Positions 37,367 to 47,453 of a stretch of DNA of 64,000 nucleotides are shown here, in pieces. Origin of the DNA: Spirochaetia bacterium. Its GTDB lineage: Bacteria; Spirochaetota; Spirochaetia; UBA9216. Below the pieces are notes generated by a model. The model made no database searches. It was not told the DNA's origin and worked only from the letters and a program-made list of their open reading frames with translations. The first letter of the stretch is position 1. Each line of letters starts with the position of its first letter. The translations under genes and the position numbers were made by a program. The DNA is taken from positions 320,001-384,000 of the forward strand of contig OZ223264.1 in NCBI GenBank assembly GCA_965140585.1, given 5' to 3'.

Positions 37367-37960
37367 ATGAACGATAAAAAGCTTGAATATGCCAGAGAAA
37401 TTCTCCTTTACCTTGAAAAGTATCTGGATCAGACAGCTGATTTTTCTGATGATAATGATGAGATGATTCTTGACTTCTCAAGATGGCTTATGAACTCAAA
37501 TCCTAAGCGGGCTGAGGAAGGGGGGCATGAAGGTTCAGAAATGACAGATATCCTTATTGGTATGCACCTGGTAAATATTGCAAACCTTCTAAAGAAAGAA
37601 CAGAATCACTTTGTATCAGAAACTCCATTTTCGTCCTTTCTGGATTTTCAGTTTCTCTTTGTTCTCAATGAGCACGGTGACATGACAAAATCTCAGCTTA
37701 TATCAGCGAATAATATGGAGATGTCATCGGGTATTGAGGTTGTTAACAGATTGAAAAGAGCCGGATGGATTGAAGAAAAAAATAATCCGGATGACAGGCG
37801 TTCGAAGCTTATTCATACATCGGAGCAAGGCAAAGCGGTACTTGATGAATACCGGAATAGCGGACTTTCCATTTATAAATCATATTCTGCTAAATTAGAA
37901 GAATATGAGAAATCAGCTGTTTTAAAATCACTTGAGCTTTTAAGCAGGTTAAAAAGCTGA
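37367..37960 (+). CDS. MarR-family regulator with N-terminal extension
   Basis: MTKSQLI..SSGIEVVNRL, DDRRSK; divergent from the hydrolase-ABC operon. Confidence 0.87.
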   Translation: MNDKKLEYAREILLYLEKYLDQTADFSDDNDEMILDFSRWLMNSNPKRAEEGGHEGSEMTDILIGMHLVNIANLLKKEQNHFVSETPFSSFLDFQFLFVLNEHGDMTKSQLISANNMEMSSGIEVVNRLKRAGWIEEKNNPDDRRSKLIHTSEQGKAVLDEYRNSGLSIYKSYSAKLEEYEKSAVLKSLELLSRLKS

Positions 37961-37961
37961 G

Positions 37962-39779
37962 CTAATCCAGATACCCGTTAATCACATCAATAAAAGTTGA
38001 GCCGTAGGCTTCCATCTTCTTTTCACCGACTCCTGAAACGAGGAGGAACTCGTCATTGTTGCGCGGCTTGAGAACGGCCATGTCGGTCAGGGTTTTGTCC
38101 GAGAAAATAATGTAAGGAGGAACCATGTGTTCCCTGGCAATTTCAGTCCGCTTTTCTTTGAGCAGAGTGAACAGGGCCTTGTCCTTAAAGCCGTGTCTTT
38201 CAATCAGTGTTTCCCTGGAAACCGCATCCGGAGCCTTTGAGGCTGATGTCTCACTGATGAAGAAGGTCTGACGGCCGAAAAGTATTTTACGTGCAGATTC
38301 GTTCATTCGAAGAACGTTATACCTGGTGCTGTCCTGATAAATCACCTGCTGCCCGAGCAGCTCATTGATAATGCTGCGCCACCAGGTTTTACTCTTATCC
38401 TTACCGACTCCGAAGGTCTTCAGCTCCTGATGGTTTCTGCTGCGGATTTTTTCTGTATCGGCTCCGCGGACAATATCGATTATATGATTTATGCCGAAGC
38501 TTTCGTTTACCCTCATAATTGCGGACAGTATTTTCTGGGCGTCAACGGTCGCATCGGTTTTCTCGGTTGCGTCGTTACAGACATCACAGTTTTTGCAGTT
38601 TCCTTCATGCTCTTCATTGAAATATTCCAGAAGCTGTTTTCGGCGGCAGACGTTTACAGTAGCATACTGAACAAGGCTGTTGAGGTTATTCCGGCTTTTT
38701 TCCTGCTCCTTCTGGTCGCTAATCTGATCAATAAAATACTGCTGCTTTACAATATCTCCGGTTCCAAAGAAAAGGATGCAGTTTGAATCAAGTCCGTCAC
38801 GTCCGGCCCTTCCGGTTTCCTGGTAATATCCTTCCATGCTTTTGGGAAGATCGCCGTGAATTACAAAACGTATATTGTTTTTGTTTATACCCATTCCAAA
38901 GGCCGTGGTCGCTACAATTACATCAACCTGATCGTTGTTGAACAGATCCTGGTTTCTGGTTCTCTCTTCCCTTGATAGTCCGGCATGGTAGTGAAGTGCT
39001 TTGATGCCTTTTTTCTTCAGGTGTTCGGCCGTTTTTTCGACATCCTTCCTGCTTATGCGGTATACGATACCCGACTCATCTGAATGATTTTTAATGTAGG
39101 AAGTGATCTGAGACAGGACCTCGGTTTTTCTGCTGACATGGTAGTACAGTTCTTTTCTGTCAAAGGAAGCTCGTATCACAAGCGGTTTCTTCAGCTTCAG
39201 AATCCGGATTATGTCGGCCTGAACCTTTGCCGTGGCAGTTGCCGTAAAGGCGGCTATCGGAATTCCCGGGAAGTTTTTTCTTAGCTTTGAGAGAAAGAGG
39301 TAATCAGGTCTGAAATCATGACCCCATTCGGAAAGGCAGTGCGCCTCATCAATCGCAAAAAACGAAACATTTAAGTTATGAAGCCGATCTATATATCCGT
39401 CAACTGCGAGTCTTTCCGGGGAAAGGTAGAGCAGTTTGATTTCATTGCGGTATAGCCTGGAGTATATTTCGGAGATCTCCTCAGCTTCCAGTGTGCTGTT
39501 TAAAAAAGCTGCAGGAATCCCTTTTTCAATAGCTTCATCAACCTGATCTTTCATAAGCGCAATAAGCGGACTTATTACCACAGTAAGGCCTTCAAACATC
39601 AGTCCGGGAATCTGGTAGCAGAGGCTTTTTCCTCCTCCGGTAGGCATCGATGTAAAAACATCCCTTCCCGAAACAATGGCTGATATTACTTCTTCCTGGT
39701 TTTCACGGAAGGTTTCGTATCCAAAAATCGATTTTAGTATCTGCTTAGACTGTCTGGTGTTTTTAGTTTCTGCCGGCAA
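37962..39779 (-). CDS. recQ: DNA helicase RecQ, full length (RQC + HRDC)
   Basis: MPTGGGKSLCYQ, IDEAHCLSEWGHDFRP, YYQETGRAGRDG, CKNCDVC, VPPYIIFSDKTL. Confidence 0.95.
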   Translation of the reverse strand: MPAETKNTRQSKQILKSIFGYETFRENQEEVISAIVSGRDVFTSMPTGGGKSLCYQIPGLMFEGLTVVISPLIALMKDQVDEAIEKGIPAAFLNSTLEAEEISEIYSRLYRNEIKLLYLSPERLAVDGYIDRLHNLNVSFFAIDEAHCLSEWGHDFRPDYLFLSKLRKNFPGIPIAAFTATATAKVQADIIRILKLKKPLVIRASFDRKELYYHVSRKTEVLSQITSYIKNHSDESGIVYRISRKDVEKTAEHLKKKGIKALHYHAGLSREERTRNQDLFNNDQVDVIVATTAFGMGINKNNIRFVIHGDLPKSMEGYYQETGRAGRDGLDSNCILFFGTGDIVKQQYFIDQISDQKEQEKSRNNLNSLVQYATVNVCRRKQLLEYFNEEHEGNCKNCDVCNDATEKTDATVDAQKILSAIMRVNESFGINHIIDIVRGADTEKIRSRNHQELKTFGVGKDKSKTWWRSIINELLGQQVIYQDSTRYNVLRMNESARKILFGRQTFFISETSASKAPDAVSRETLIERHGFKDKALFTLLKEKRTEIAREHMVPPYIIFSDKTLTDMAVLKPRNNDEFLLVSGVGEKKMEAYGSTFIDVINGYLD

Positions 39780-39931
39780 GCTTACGTTTCTCCAAAAAAT
39801 ATGATACTTCAGTTATTATAACTGAAATTTAACAAATTAAAATAAGAGGCACCTCAGAGAAGGGTATATTTTTGTTAACTAAAATTGTACAGTTGCATTT
39901 CGTATCCCAAATTTTCCACCTTGGAGTATAA

Positions 39932-40666
39932 ATGCCCCTTATTTACTTTTTCCTCTCAATCATCAGCTGGATAGAACTTGTTATCTGCTTCATAATTTAT
40001 ATACCCATACAGGGGCTGCTGTTTCTTTTTACCGCCCCATTTGATAAGCACCGCAGAATCATGCACTATAATTCTTCAATCCTCTGCACCGTGGTTCTTG
40101 CCCTTTGTCCTCTTATCAGGCTTGAGTACAAGGGTCTTGAGAATATAAACCGTAAAAAGCCTGTAGTGATTGTGATGAACCACCAGTCAATTCTTGATAT
40201 CCTCCTCATTTTTACAATCTTTCTCCCTGCAAAGATGATTGCAAAAAAATCCCTTGCCCGCGTTCCTATTGTAGGCTGGAACCTTTTCATGAGCGGTCAT
40301 ATCCTGATCGACCGGCAGAGCCGTAAAAGTCAGATTGAATCAATCAGAAGGATGGATGATATTCTTCTTGAGGGTGATTCTTTGATGATTTATCCTGAGG
40401 GGACCCGTACCTCAGACGGTAATATTGCCGAGTTCAAGAAAGGAGCCTTCCGCTGCGCCTGCAATACCGGAACACCGGTTCTTCCTGTTGTTATAGACGG
40501 TGCATATCAGGCTATGCCCAGAAATGGAAAGAATTTGAATGGATTTCATAAAATTACGCTGTCAATACTTCCTCCCGTTGAAGTGGCGAAGGGATTCAAC
40601 ACTCAGGAACTGGCACAGAAATGCCATGAGCTGATGAGTGCCGAGCTTCGGCGTCTGCGGAATTAG
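39932..40666 (+). CDS. plsC: 1-acyl-sn-glycerol-3-phosphate acyltransferase
   Basis: NHQSILD, IDR, YPEGTRT, FKKGAF. Confidence 0.9.
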   Translation: MPLIYFFLSIISWIELVICFIIYIPIQGLLFLFTAPFDKHRRIMHYNSSILCTVVLALCPLIRLEYKGLENINRKKPVVIVMNHQSILDILLIFTIFLPAKMIAKKSLARVPIVGWNLFMSGHILIDRQSRKSQIESIRRMDDILLEGDSLMIYPEGTRTSDGNIAEFKKGAFRCACNTGTPVLPVVIDGAYQAMPRNGKNLNGFHKITLSILPPVEVAKGFNTQELAQKCHELMSAELRRLRN

Positions 40667-40712
40667 CGATAGATTGTATTAAAAATAATCAATTTTGTGA
40701 TAAGATTTCAAA

Positions 40713-41615
40713 ATGAATAATAAAAGAAATGAGCAAAAAGCCGGTCTCGCTTACATTATGACTGCAGTTCTTATATGGGGTTTTCTGCCTTCATATCTGA
40801 AGATGCTTGTTCATGTCGAAACAATACTGATTCTTGCAAACCGGATAGTTTGGGCCGCTGTGATAATGCTGCTTATTATCATATTCTTCTATAATAAAGA
40901 GGAACTTCTTTCTCCTTTGAAAGAAAAAAGAAATATTCTGCTTTTTTCCCTTGCAGGGCTTACTGTACTGAGTCAGTGGGTCTTTTATATATATGCCATT
41001 ACGACAAGTCATATCCTTGAGATCAGTCTGGGGTATTATATTTATCCTGTCCTTGTTGTTATTTTCAGTCGTCTGGTTTTCAAGGAGAGGTTAAGTGTTA
41101 ACACCCTTATAGCTTTTTTTCTTGCACTTGCGGGGGTTCTGATTCTTATTTTCGGTTATGGTAATGTGCCCGTCCAGGGGCTTGGCATTGCTTTTTCCTT
41201 TACATTCTACAGTCTTGTTAAGAAAAAACTTTCCGTTCCTTCTGTGATTTCTACATTTTATGAAATGCTTTTTCTTATGCCCTTCGCCCTTGCATATATG
41301 ATATATATGGAGTCAACGGGCAGGGGCTGGTTTACTGACTTTTCTGCGGATCCTGTTACACCGCTTCTTCTTGTAGGTGCCGGACTGCTGACCTGTGTGA
41401 CCCTCATGACTTTTGCCTCGGGAGCGAAGCGGATATCGATGACAGCCGTAGGATTTATCCAGTATCTTTCACCGACCATAGCGATGATTACTGCAGTTTT
41501 TGTTTTCGGAGAGGAATTTTCTTCGGCACACTGGCTGTCGTTTGGGTTGGTCTGGGTTGCAATTATTATCTATACAGTCCCCGGAATCAGGCAGCTGGTG
41601 AAGAAAAAGCAATAG
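40713..41615 (+). CDS. rarD: EamA/DMT transporter RarD
   Basis: WGFLP, ILANRIVW, SLGYYIYP, GFIQYLSPT. Confidence 0.88.
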   Translation: MNNKRNEQKAGLAYIMTAVLIWGFLPSYLKMLVHVETILILANRIVWAAVIMLLIIIFFYNKEELLSPLKEKRNILLFSLAGLTVLSQWVFYIYAITTSHILEISLGYYIYPVLVVIFSRLVFKERLSVNTLIAFFLALAGVLILIFGYGNVPVQGLGIAFSFTFYSLVKKKLSVPSVISTFYEMLFLMPFALAYMIYMESTGRGWFTDFSADPVTPLLLVGAGLLTCVTLMTFASGAKRISMTAVGFIQYLSPTIAMITAVFVFGEEFSSAHWLSFGLVWVAIIIYTVPGIRQLVKKKQ

Positions 41616-41668
41616 AAGAACTTGATTATCAGTCTTATTCCTCTCAAAAATATTAAAAAATTTATTCA

Positions 41669-41702
41669 CTGTCGCATTTCCGCCACATTCTGTTTTTATA
41701 CT
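41669..41702 (+). promoter_or_regulatory. Possible OmpR-family tandem binding site and -10 box
   Basis: 11-bp direct repeat CTGTCGCATTT/CCGCCACATTC followed by TATACT at 41697. Confidence 0.45.
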
Positions 41703-41744
41703 CTGAATATAAACCGGTAAATCCGGATTTTTCAGGAGGAAAGA

Positions 41745-42386
41745 ATGATAAAATTAAACAAATTGAATCTGATTGTATTTCTGGTACTTGCGATGCTGGT
41801 AGCAGTTTCATTGCCTGTATTTTCAATGGGAAAGGCCGATGTTGTTCCCTACGGGATTACCCTGGAAGAAGGTTTCGGTGATATAGCTGCACAGCTTGAT
41901 TCAGGAGAGATTAGCCTTGAAGAAGCAATTGCAGCCCTGCATGATCTCAGAACCTCAAATGGAAGGGAGAACAATCCGGAATACGGAGAAATGGAAAGAA
42001 TTCTGGCAGCAGTTATGGAACAGACAATGACCATGGCACAGGCTAGACTTCAGGTTTGTCAGCTTGATGAAGCGGCCGTAGACTGCACCGGTGATCAGCT
42101 TCAGGATAGACTGCGCGACAGACAGAAAGATCTTGACCAGGAGCCTGATCAGGATAAAACACAGGCCAGGGATCGGGACAAGACTCAGGACCCGGATGCG
42201 GAAGCAGACCAGCTGAAAGATCAGGATCAGGATCAGCTTAGGGATCGAGTTGATGAGCCGGATCAGGACAGGGAGCGTGACCGGGATCAGGATGGAGACT
42301 GCGATAACGACTGTGATGGCGATGGTGACCAGACTCAGACCCAGACAAACGCAGGCGGTTCAGGTGCCGGTGCCGGTAAAAAATAA
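41745..42386 (+). CDS. Secreted protein with helical domain and D/Q/R-rich low-complexity tail
   Basis: AGGAGG RBS, signal peptide, DQDQDQ/RDRDQD repeats, DCxGD-like motifs. Confidence 0.85.
   Translation: MIKLNKLNLIVFLVLAMLVAVSLPVFSMGKADVVPYGITLEEGFGDIAAQLDSGEISLEEAIAALHDLRTSNGRENNPEYGEMERILAAVMEQTMTMAQARLQVCQLDEAAVDCTGDQLQDRLRDRQKDLDQEPDQDKTQARDRDKTQDPDAEADQLKDQDQDQLRDRVDEPDQDRERDRDQDGDCDNDCDGDGDQTQTQTNAGGSGAGAGKK
42090..42345 (+). repeat. Degenerate hexanucleotide coding repeat (GAYCAG/GAYCGG)
   Basis: For example GATCAGGATCAGGATCAG at 42219-42236. Confidence 0.7.
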
Positions 42387-42419
42387 TAAAATAAAGCCGT
42401 GATAGTGGTGTATAATTAG

Positions 42420-43265
42420 ATGATGAAGTCCTGTGGTTTTAAAATTAAGCTTTCCCTTGCAGTAATGGTGCTGATAATTCCGCTGACTGTGTACGCAGGG
42501 GGAAACGCCGAAAAGAATGAAAACTACAGGACTGAACTTGCAAATGTTTTTAATGAAACTGTTGCCGGAATTTACAATGATGAAATCAGTCTGTCGGACG
42601 GTCATGAAGAGCTGAAAACTCTGCGCTCAAGATATGATATAAGCTATACAGATGAGGCCGGAGTGATGGACTCGATGCTCGACAGGGTGTATGAGGGCAC
42701 AATGTCTCCGGCAGAAACAAAGTATTATTTCAGTCTTATGCAGGAGAAAAAACTTTCGGAATACAGAACACTTTCATATCAAAAGCGCTTTTACCTGCAT
42801 CAGAACGAACTTATGGGACTGATGCAGTCGATCATTGCTGATTCTTCTTCAGATTCGGTTTCAGTTTCGGTACTTCGAAATACCATGAATAATTATTATG
42901 ATTTTTTCGGGCTTCGCTTCGGTGAAGAATACCGTTCATTAAATAAACTGCTCATCATGTTTGAAGATGGAGAGCTTTCCATTGAGGGGCTTAAAGATGA
43001 ACTTGCAACTCTTGGAAAGGAAACTCCTGAATCTGACTCTGCAGATTCGGCATCAATCTCCGCCGGCTTTGAATATAAAACCGGAACTGCCGCTTCATCA
43101 TCGGAAAGCAGCGGAAGCGGTTCAGCAGCTACGGGAACCTCTGAAAGTTCCGGAAGTTCGAACGCCCAGTCAGGCAGCAGTTCTTCACAGGCGGATTCTG
43201 CACAGTCAGGTTCATCTGAAAACTCAGGTGGACAGGGCGCCCCTAAAAGATCATTAAAAAATTAA
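42420..43265 (+). CDS. Secreted protein, paralogue of the upstream gene, with Ser/Gly-rich tail
   Basis: Signal ..YAGGNAE; two copies of the helical unit found in 41745-42386. Confidence 0.82.
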   Translation: MMKSCGFKIKLSLAVMVLIIPLTVYAGGNAEKNENYRTELANVFNETVAGIYNDEISLSDGHEELKTLRSRYDISYTDEAGVMDSMLDRVYEGTMSPAETKYYFSLMQEKKLSEYRTLSYQKRFYLHQNELMGLMQSIIADSSSDSVSVSVLRNTMNNYYDFFGLRFGEEYRSLNKLLIMFEDGELSIEGLKDELATLGKETPESDSADSASISAGFEYKTGTAASSSESSGSGSAATGTSESSGSSNAQSGSSSSQADSAQSGSSENSGGQGAPKRSLKN

Positions 43266-43282
43266 AGCAGGTTTTCGAAGGA

Positions 43283-43960
43283 TTGGATGTAAAAATACTT
43301 GTTGTTGAAGATGAAGTGCGCAGTGCCCGGTGGCTTAAAGTCTATCTTGAAAAAGCAGGCTATATAGTTGAGCTTGCTTTTGACGGAATCACGGGTCTCG
43401 AAGCTGCAAGAAAAATATCGCCAAACCTGATTATTCTCGATCTCATGCTTCCGAAAATGAGCGGATCGGAGGTCTGCAGGATACTTAGAACTGAATCCGA
43501 TGTGCCTGTGATCATGCTGACGGCCAAGGGGGGCCGTGAGGACCGCATTGAAGGCTTCGGAGACGGTGCGGATGATTACATTATAAAACCCTATGATATT
43601 GATGAAGTGATTGCCAGGGTAAAGGCTGTTCTTCGAAGAACCTCTGCAGATTCGGTAAGGGTATTAGGCTGCGGAAGGCTTTCACTGGATATACAGAAGG
43701 AACTGGCTTTTGTAGATGATATAGAAGTTAAGCTGAGTCATGCACAGTTTTTAATACTGTGTGCATTTATGAAAAATCAGGATGCAGTCCTGTCCAGAAG
43801 CCAGCTGATCGAGCTCGCCTTTGATCAGGACTTTGATTCCTATGAGCGTTCAATCGACACTCATATAAGAAGACTGCGGAAGCTTATTAACCGTGAAGGC
43901 TTTGAACCGATACAGACAGTTTATGGGGGGGGGTACCGGCTGACATGCGTATCTTCCTGA
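43283..43960 (+). CDS. OmpR-family response regulator
   Basis: VVEDE, ILDLMLP, MLTAK, GADDYIIKP, RSIDTHIRRLRK. Confidence 0.95.
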   Translation: MDVKILVVEDEVRSARWLKVYLEKAGYIVELAFDGITGLEAARKISPNLIILDLMLPKMSGSEVCRILRTESDVPVIMLTAKGGREDRIEGFGDGADDYIIKPYDIDEVIARVKAVLRRTSADSVRVLGCGRLSLDIQKELAFVDDIEVKLSHAQFLILCAFMKNQDAVLSRSQLIELAFDQDFDSYERSIDTHIRRLRKLINREGFEPIQTVYGGGYRLTCVSS

Positions 43961-45318
43961 AATCGATCTACTTCCGTGTTTTTTCCTCTTTTCTGCTAAT
44001 CATTGTATTTTCTCTGGCCGTGAGCACTGCAATTGAATACCGTCTGTATGCCTCTGAACTTCCTGTCCTTTTCACTGAAATTCAGTCCATCGCTGCAGCC
44101 GGGCAGATCAGTTCGATTTATACCAGGAATAACAGCTGGAACGGGATGGTTATGGAAATTCAGCGCTTAAGCAATCTTGAGAGCCTGAATACCGATGAGG
44201 GTGCTGTTATCAGGATGGTGGTAAGAGATGCTGATGACCGAACTGTATACAACAGCTTTTCGAATATCCTTAACATAGAAGATAATGTTCTGCTGGAAGG
44301 AGAGTCTCAGCCGGTGGTTAATTATACAGACGGCAGGGCTGTCGGTTCAGTAACCCTCTACATCGGCGAAGCCTATATCAATATGCATGTCCGCGATTAC
44401 GTCTCCGCCTTGCTTAAAGCCGCAGTGTACAGAGGGCTGATTACTGCAGTGCTGGCAGCGTTGATCAGCCTGCTTATATCACGCAGAATTACCGATCCAG
44501 TAATCAGTCTTACATCAGCAGCCGTTAAGATTTCAGAGGGCGGCAGCGATATTGAGACAGGCAGTGTTAACGATGATGAAATTGGCCGCCTTAGCCGGGC
44601 GTTTAAAAAAATGGTAGCAAATCTCAACAGTCAGCGTGAATCAAGACGCAGCCTCCTTGCAGATATTTCCCATGAAATAAATACACCGCTTAACGCCATC
44701 AAGCTTGAGGCCAGGGCCCTTTCGGACGGACTTGTAACTGCTGAAGATGCCGGAGCGCAGATTATTGACGAAGTAGATTCACTTCGGAATGTAATTTACG
44801 ATCTCGACTGGCTCGCCGAATCTGACTCCGGATCCTACACTCTTAAGCGTGTGACTTTTGATGTCGCAGAAATGATTCGGGTTGAGGCGGATCGATGGCA
44901 ATACAAGGCTGAAACAACCAATATCAGTATAGAACCGGATATAAAAGACGTGCATAGTCTTGCTGTGTTTGCTGATCCTGTAAGACTTGGTTCGGCAATA
45001 TCCAACCTGATCGATAATGCGGTTAAGTACTCTCCGCCCGGCAGCCGGGTGAAAATTTCAGTAACAGAAAATGCCGGAAACATAAATATCAGTGTCTGTG
45101 ATGAGGGTGTTCCGATACCTGAAGAGTACAGGCCGCTTCTTTTTACCAGAGGCTTCCGTGTTCCCTCTGCTGGTGTTGACCGCAGAAAAGGCGGGCGGGG
45201 GCTTGGACTTGCGATAGCCTCAGAGATAGCCCGTATGCACGGGGGAGAACTTATTCTTGAGTGCGGTGAAACGTCTGGAAACTGTTTCAGCCTGACTCTC
45301 CCGTCCGGCAGAACTTGA
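43945..45318 (+). CDS. HAMP-containing sensor histidine kinase (BaeS-like)
   Basis: Two TMs, DDEIGRL, ADISHEINTPL, NLIDNAVKY, GRGLGLAI. Confidence 0.93.
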   Translation: MRIFLKSIYFRVFSSFLLIIVFSLAVSTAIEYRLYASELPVLFTEIQSIAAAGQISSIYTRNNSWNGMVMEIQRLSNLESLNTDEGAVIRMVVRDADDRTVYNSFSNILNIEDNVLLEGESQPVVNYTDGRAVGSVTLYIGEAYINMHVRDYVSALLKAAVYRGLITAVLAALISLLISRRITDPVISLTSAAVKISEGGSDIETGSVNDDEIGRLSRAFKKMVANLNSQRESRRSLLADISHEINTPLNAIKLEARALSDGLVTAEDAGAQIIDEVDSLRNVIYDLDWLAESDSGSYTLKRVTFDVAEMIRVEADRWQYKAETTNISIEPDIKDVHSLAVFADPVRLGSAISNLIDNAVKYSPPGSRVKISVTENAGNINISVCDEGVPIPEEYRPLLFTRGFRVPSAGVDRRKGGRGLGLAIASEIARMHGGELILECGETSGNCFSLTLPSGRT

Positions 45319-45335
45319 TATCCTGGGAACTCTGT

Positions 45336-45375
45336 TTGAAATATCCGGCTAAGGGGCTTATAATTAATTTATAAG
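45336..45375 (+). promoter_or_regulatory. Sigma70 promoter with overlapping palindrome
   Basis: TTGAAA(45336)-17-TATAAT(45359); CTTATAA-TTAAT-TTATAAG spans the -10. Confidence 0.6.
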
Positions 45376-45396
45376 GTGTGTTTTAAGGGGGGAGAC

Positions 45397-46251
45397 ATGA
45401 TATCTGTTAAAAACCTGTCACATTCCTACAGTAACGATGAAAAATATGCTGTAAACAATATCAGCTTTGAGGTTGCAGACGGCGAAACCTTTGGTTTTCT
45501 CGGTCCGTCCGGAGCCGGGAAATCAACCACTCAGGGGGTTCTGACGGGGCTTTTGAAACTTCAGTCCGGTGAAGTGACCGTTTCCGGTTTTGATCTGAAG
45601 AAAGTGCATAATGAACGCTTCAATGATATCGGCGTCTCATTTGAGCAGTCAAACGTATACAGCAAGCTTACCGCAAAAGAAAATCTCGATTATTACGCCA
45701 AACTTTTCGATGTACCTACCCGTGATTCGATGGAGCTTTTAAAAATGGTCGGTCTGGATGGGAAAGAGAACGTGAGAGCGGGCGATTTTTCGAAGGGAAT
45801 GAAGCACCGTCTTACCTTTGCACGGTCTATGATAAACAATCCGAAGCTGTGGTTTCTTGATGAACCGACAACCGGTCTTGATCCTGCAATTGCTGCATCC
45901 ATCAAGGATATAATCAGGACCCGATCTTCGGAGGGCGTAACCTCCTTTCTTACGACTCATAACATGTACATTGCTGACGAGCTCTGCGACCGCGTTGCCT
46001 TTATAATTGACGGTGAGATTAAACTGATCGATACGCCTAAAAATCTGAAAATTCAATACGGTAAAAAACTCATCGAAATAGAGTATATCGAGAACGGTAA
46101 GGTCATTAAGGATACGCTTAAGACGGTTACTGAAGAAGACCGTAAAAAAATAGCAGAAATTATACAGAATCATGATATTCAGACCATGCATTCAAAGGAA
46201 GCTACGCTGGAAGAAATATTCATCCAGGTTACTGGAAGGGAGCTTGTCTGA
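45397..46251 (+). CDS. ABC exporter ATPase (fluoroquinolone-export type)
   Basis: GFLGPSGAGKSTTQ, FSKGMKHRL, FLTTHNM..ADELCDRVAF, MHSKEATLEEIF. Confidence 0.9.
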   Translation: MISVKNLSHSYSNDEKYAVNNISFEVADGETFGFLGPSGAGKSTTQGVLTGLLKLQSGEVTVSGFDLKKVHNERFNDIGVSFEQSNVYSKLTAKENLDYYAKLFDVPTRDSMELLKMVGLDGKENVRAGDFSKGMKHRLTFARSMINNPKLWFLDEPTTGLDPAIAASIKDIIRTRSSEGVTSFLTTHNMYIADELCDRVAFIIDGEIKLIDTPKNLKIQYGKKLIEIEYIENGKVIKDTLKTVTEEDRKKIAEIIQNHDIQTMHSKEATLEEIFIQVTGRELV

Positions 46252-46252
46252 G

Positions 46253-47440
46253 ATGAAACTGTTAAGCTCGTATTTTAAGGAGATGAAGATCGCAGCCAGG
46301 GGCTTTTATTTCTACATTGAAATAGTTATCGCGGCAATAGTTCTTATAATTCTCCTGTTCGGTGTAAAGGAAAACTCTGTAAGCAGGCAGAAAGAATTCG
46401 TTTACTACGACATGCCTGCGGAGCTTTCGGAATACCTGATACAGAAAGAAATCGACAAGGGAACCTTGAAACTGATTGAACCTGCAGAATTCAAAATGAA
46501 AGCTGTCAGTTTTGATGTTGAAAACATGGAAACCGGTGAAATTGAATCATATGACTTTGAAAAAGAAGTTATATCAGTCGAAACATATGAAGATTATAAT
46601 CCTGATACCGGCGAGCTTGATAAGACGGTTTATATCACCGACAGCGAAGAACTGATGATTCGGCTTGCTTTTCAGGAAAGAACACTCGGAGCGACAGTTG
46701 CGGTAGACAACGCGGGAAAAAGAACATTCCGGTATTATAACCAGGGATATGAAACCGACCGCTATATCAATTTGCTTTACGTCCTGCATAATGAGACTCC
46801 TGATGTTCTAAAGGAAGCAGTTGCCAGGCAGCATGTAACAAAGTTGGACAATGTACATATTTTGAACAATCGCGAAAATCTTGTACCTGTTATGGTAGTT
46901 TTTATGGGTTCGCTGATGGGTTTCTTCATCGTTGTAGCCTATATCTTTCTGGATAAGGCGGAGGGAGTTATAAGGGCTTTTGCTGTAACCCCTTCCTCCG
47001 TATGGAAATATCTTTTTAGCAAAACAATGATCATACTCACAACGGTTCTGATCTCTTCTTCTATAATTACGATTCCGATAATGGGAACCCAGCCGGATTA
47101 TCCTCTGTTTTACCTGCTGCTTCTTATTTCAACTTTCTCTTTTGCTGCTCTTGGACTGCTTATCGCTAGTTTTTTCGATACCATGTCAAAAGCTTTTGGA
47201 ATCCTGTACTTCTTTATGATAGTCCTGATGATTCCGGCGTTCTCATATTTTATTCCCGGATTTGATCCTCTGTGGCTGAGATTTTTTCCGACTTATCCGC
47301 TGCTGCAGAGCATGAAGGAAATCATCATGGCTGAGACTGATACGGTGTTTGTTCTTTTAAATAGCGGGGTTTTTCTTGCCGGAGGTGTGCTTCTTTTTGT
47401 TATTGCCAACTACCGGTTTAAGAAAACACTCACTTTGTAG
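46253..47440 (+). CDS. ABC-2 permease with large extracytoplasmic domain
   Basis: RGFYFYI, DKAEGVIRAFAVTP...YLFSK, FFPTYP. Confidence 0.85.
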   Translation: MKLLSSYFKEMKIAARGFYFYIEIVIAAIVLIILLFGVKENSVSRQKEFVYYDMPAELSEYLIQKEIDKGTLKLIEPAEFKMKAVSFDVENMETGEIESYDFEKEVISVETYEDYNPDTGELDKTVYITDSEELMIRLAFQERTLGATVAVDNAGKRTFRYYNQGYETDRYINLLYVLHNETPDVLKEAVARQHVTKLDNVHILNNRENLVPVMVVFMGSLMGFFIVVAYIFLDKAEGVIRAFAVTPSSVWKYLFSKTMIILTTVLISSSIITIPIMGTQPDYPLFYLLLLISTFSFAALGLLIASFFDTMSKAFGILYFFMIVLMIPAFSYFIPGFDPLWLRFFPTYPLLQSMKEIIMAETDTVFVLLNSGVFLAGGVLLFVIANYRFKKTLTL

Positions 47441-47453
47441 TTGAGGAGGCAAC

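Noticed and set aside
42090-42345. Possible CRISPR-like or non-coding repeat array
   Set aside because: Degenerate 6-nt in-frame coding periodicity; no constant repeat-spacer structure and no cas genes.
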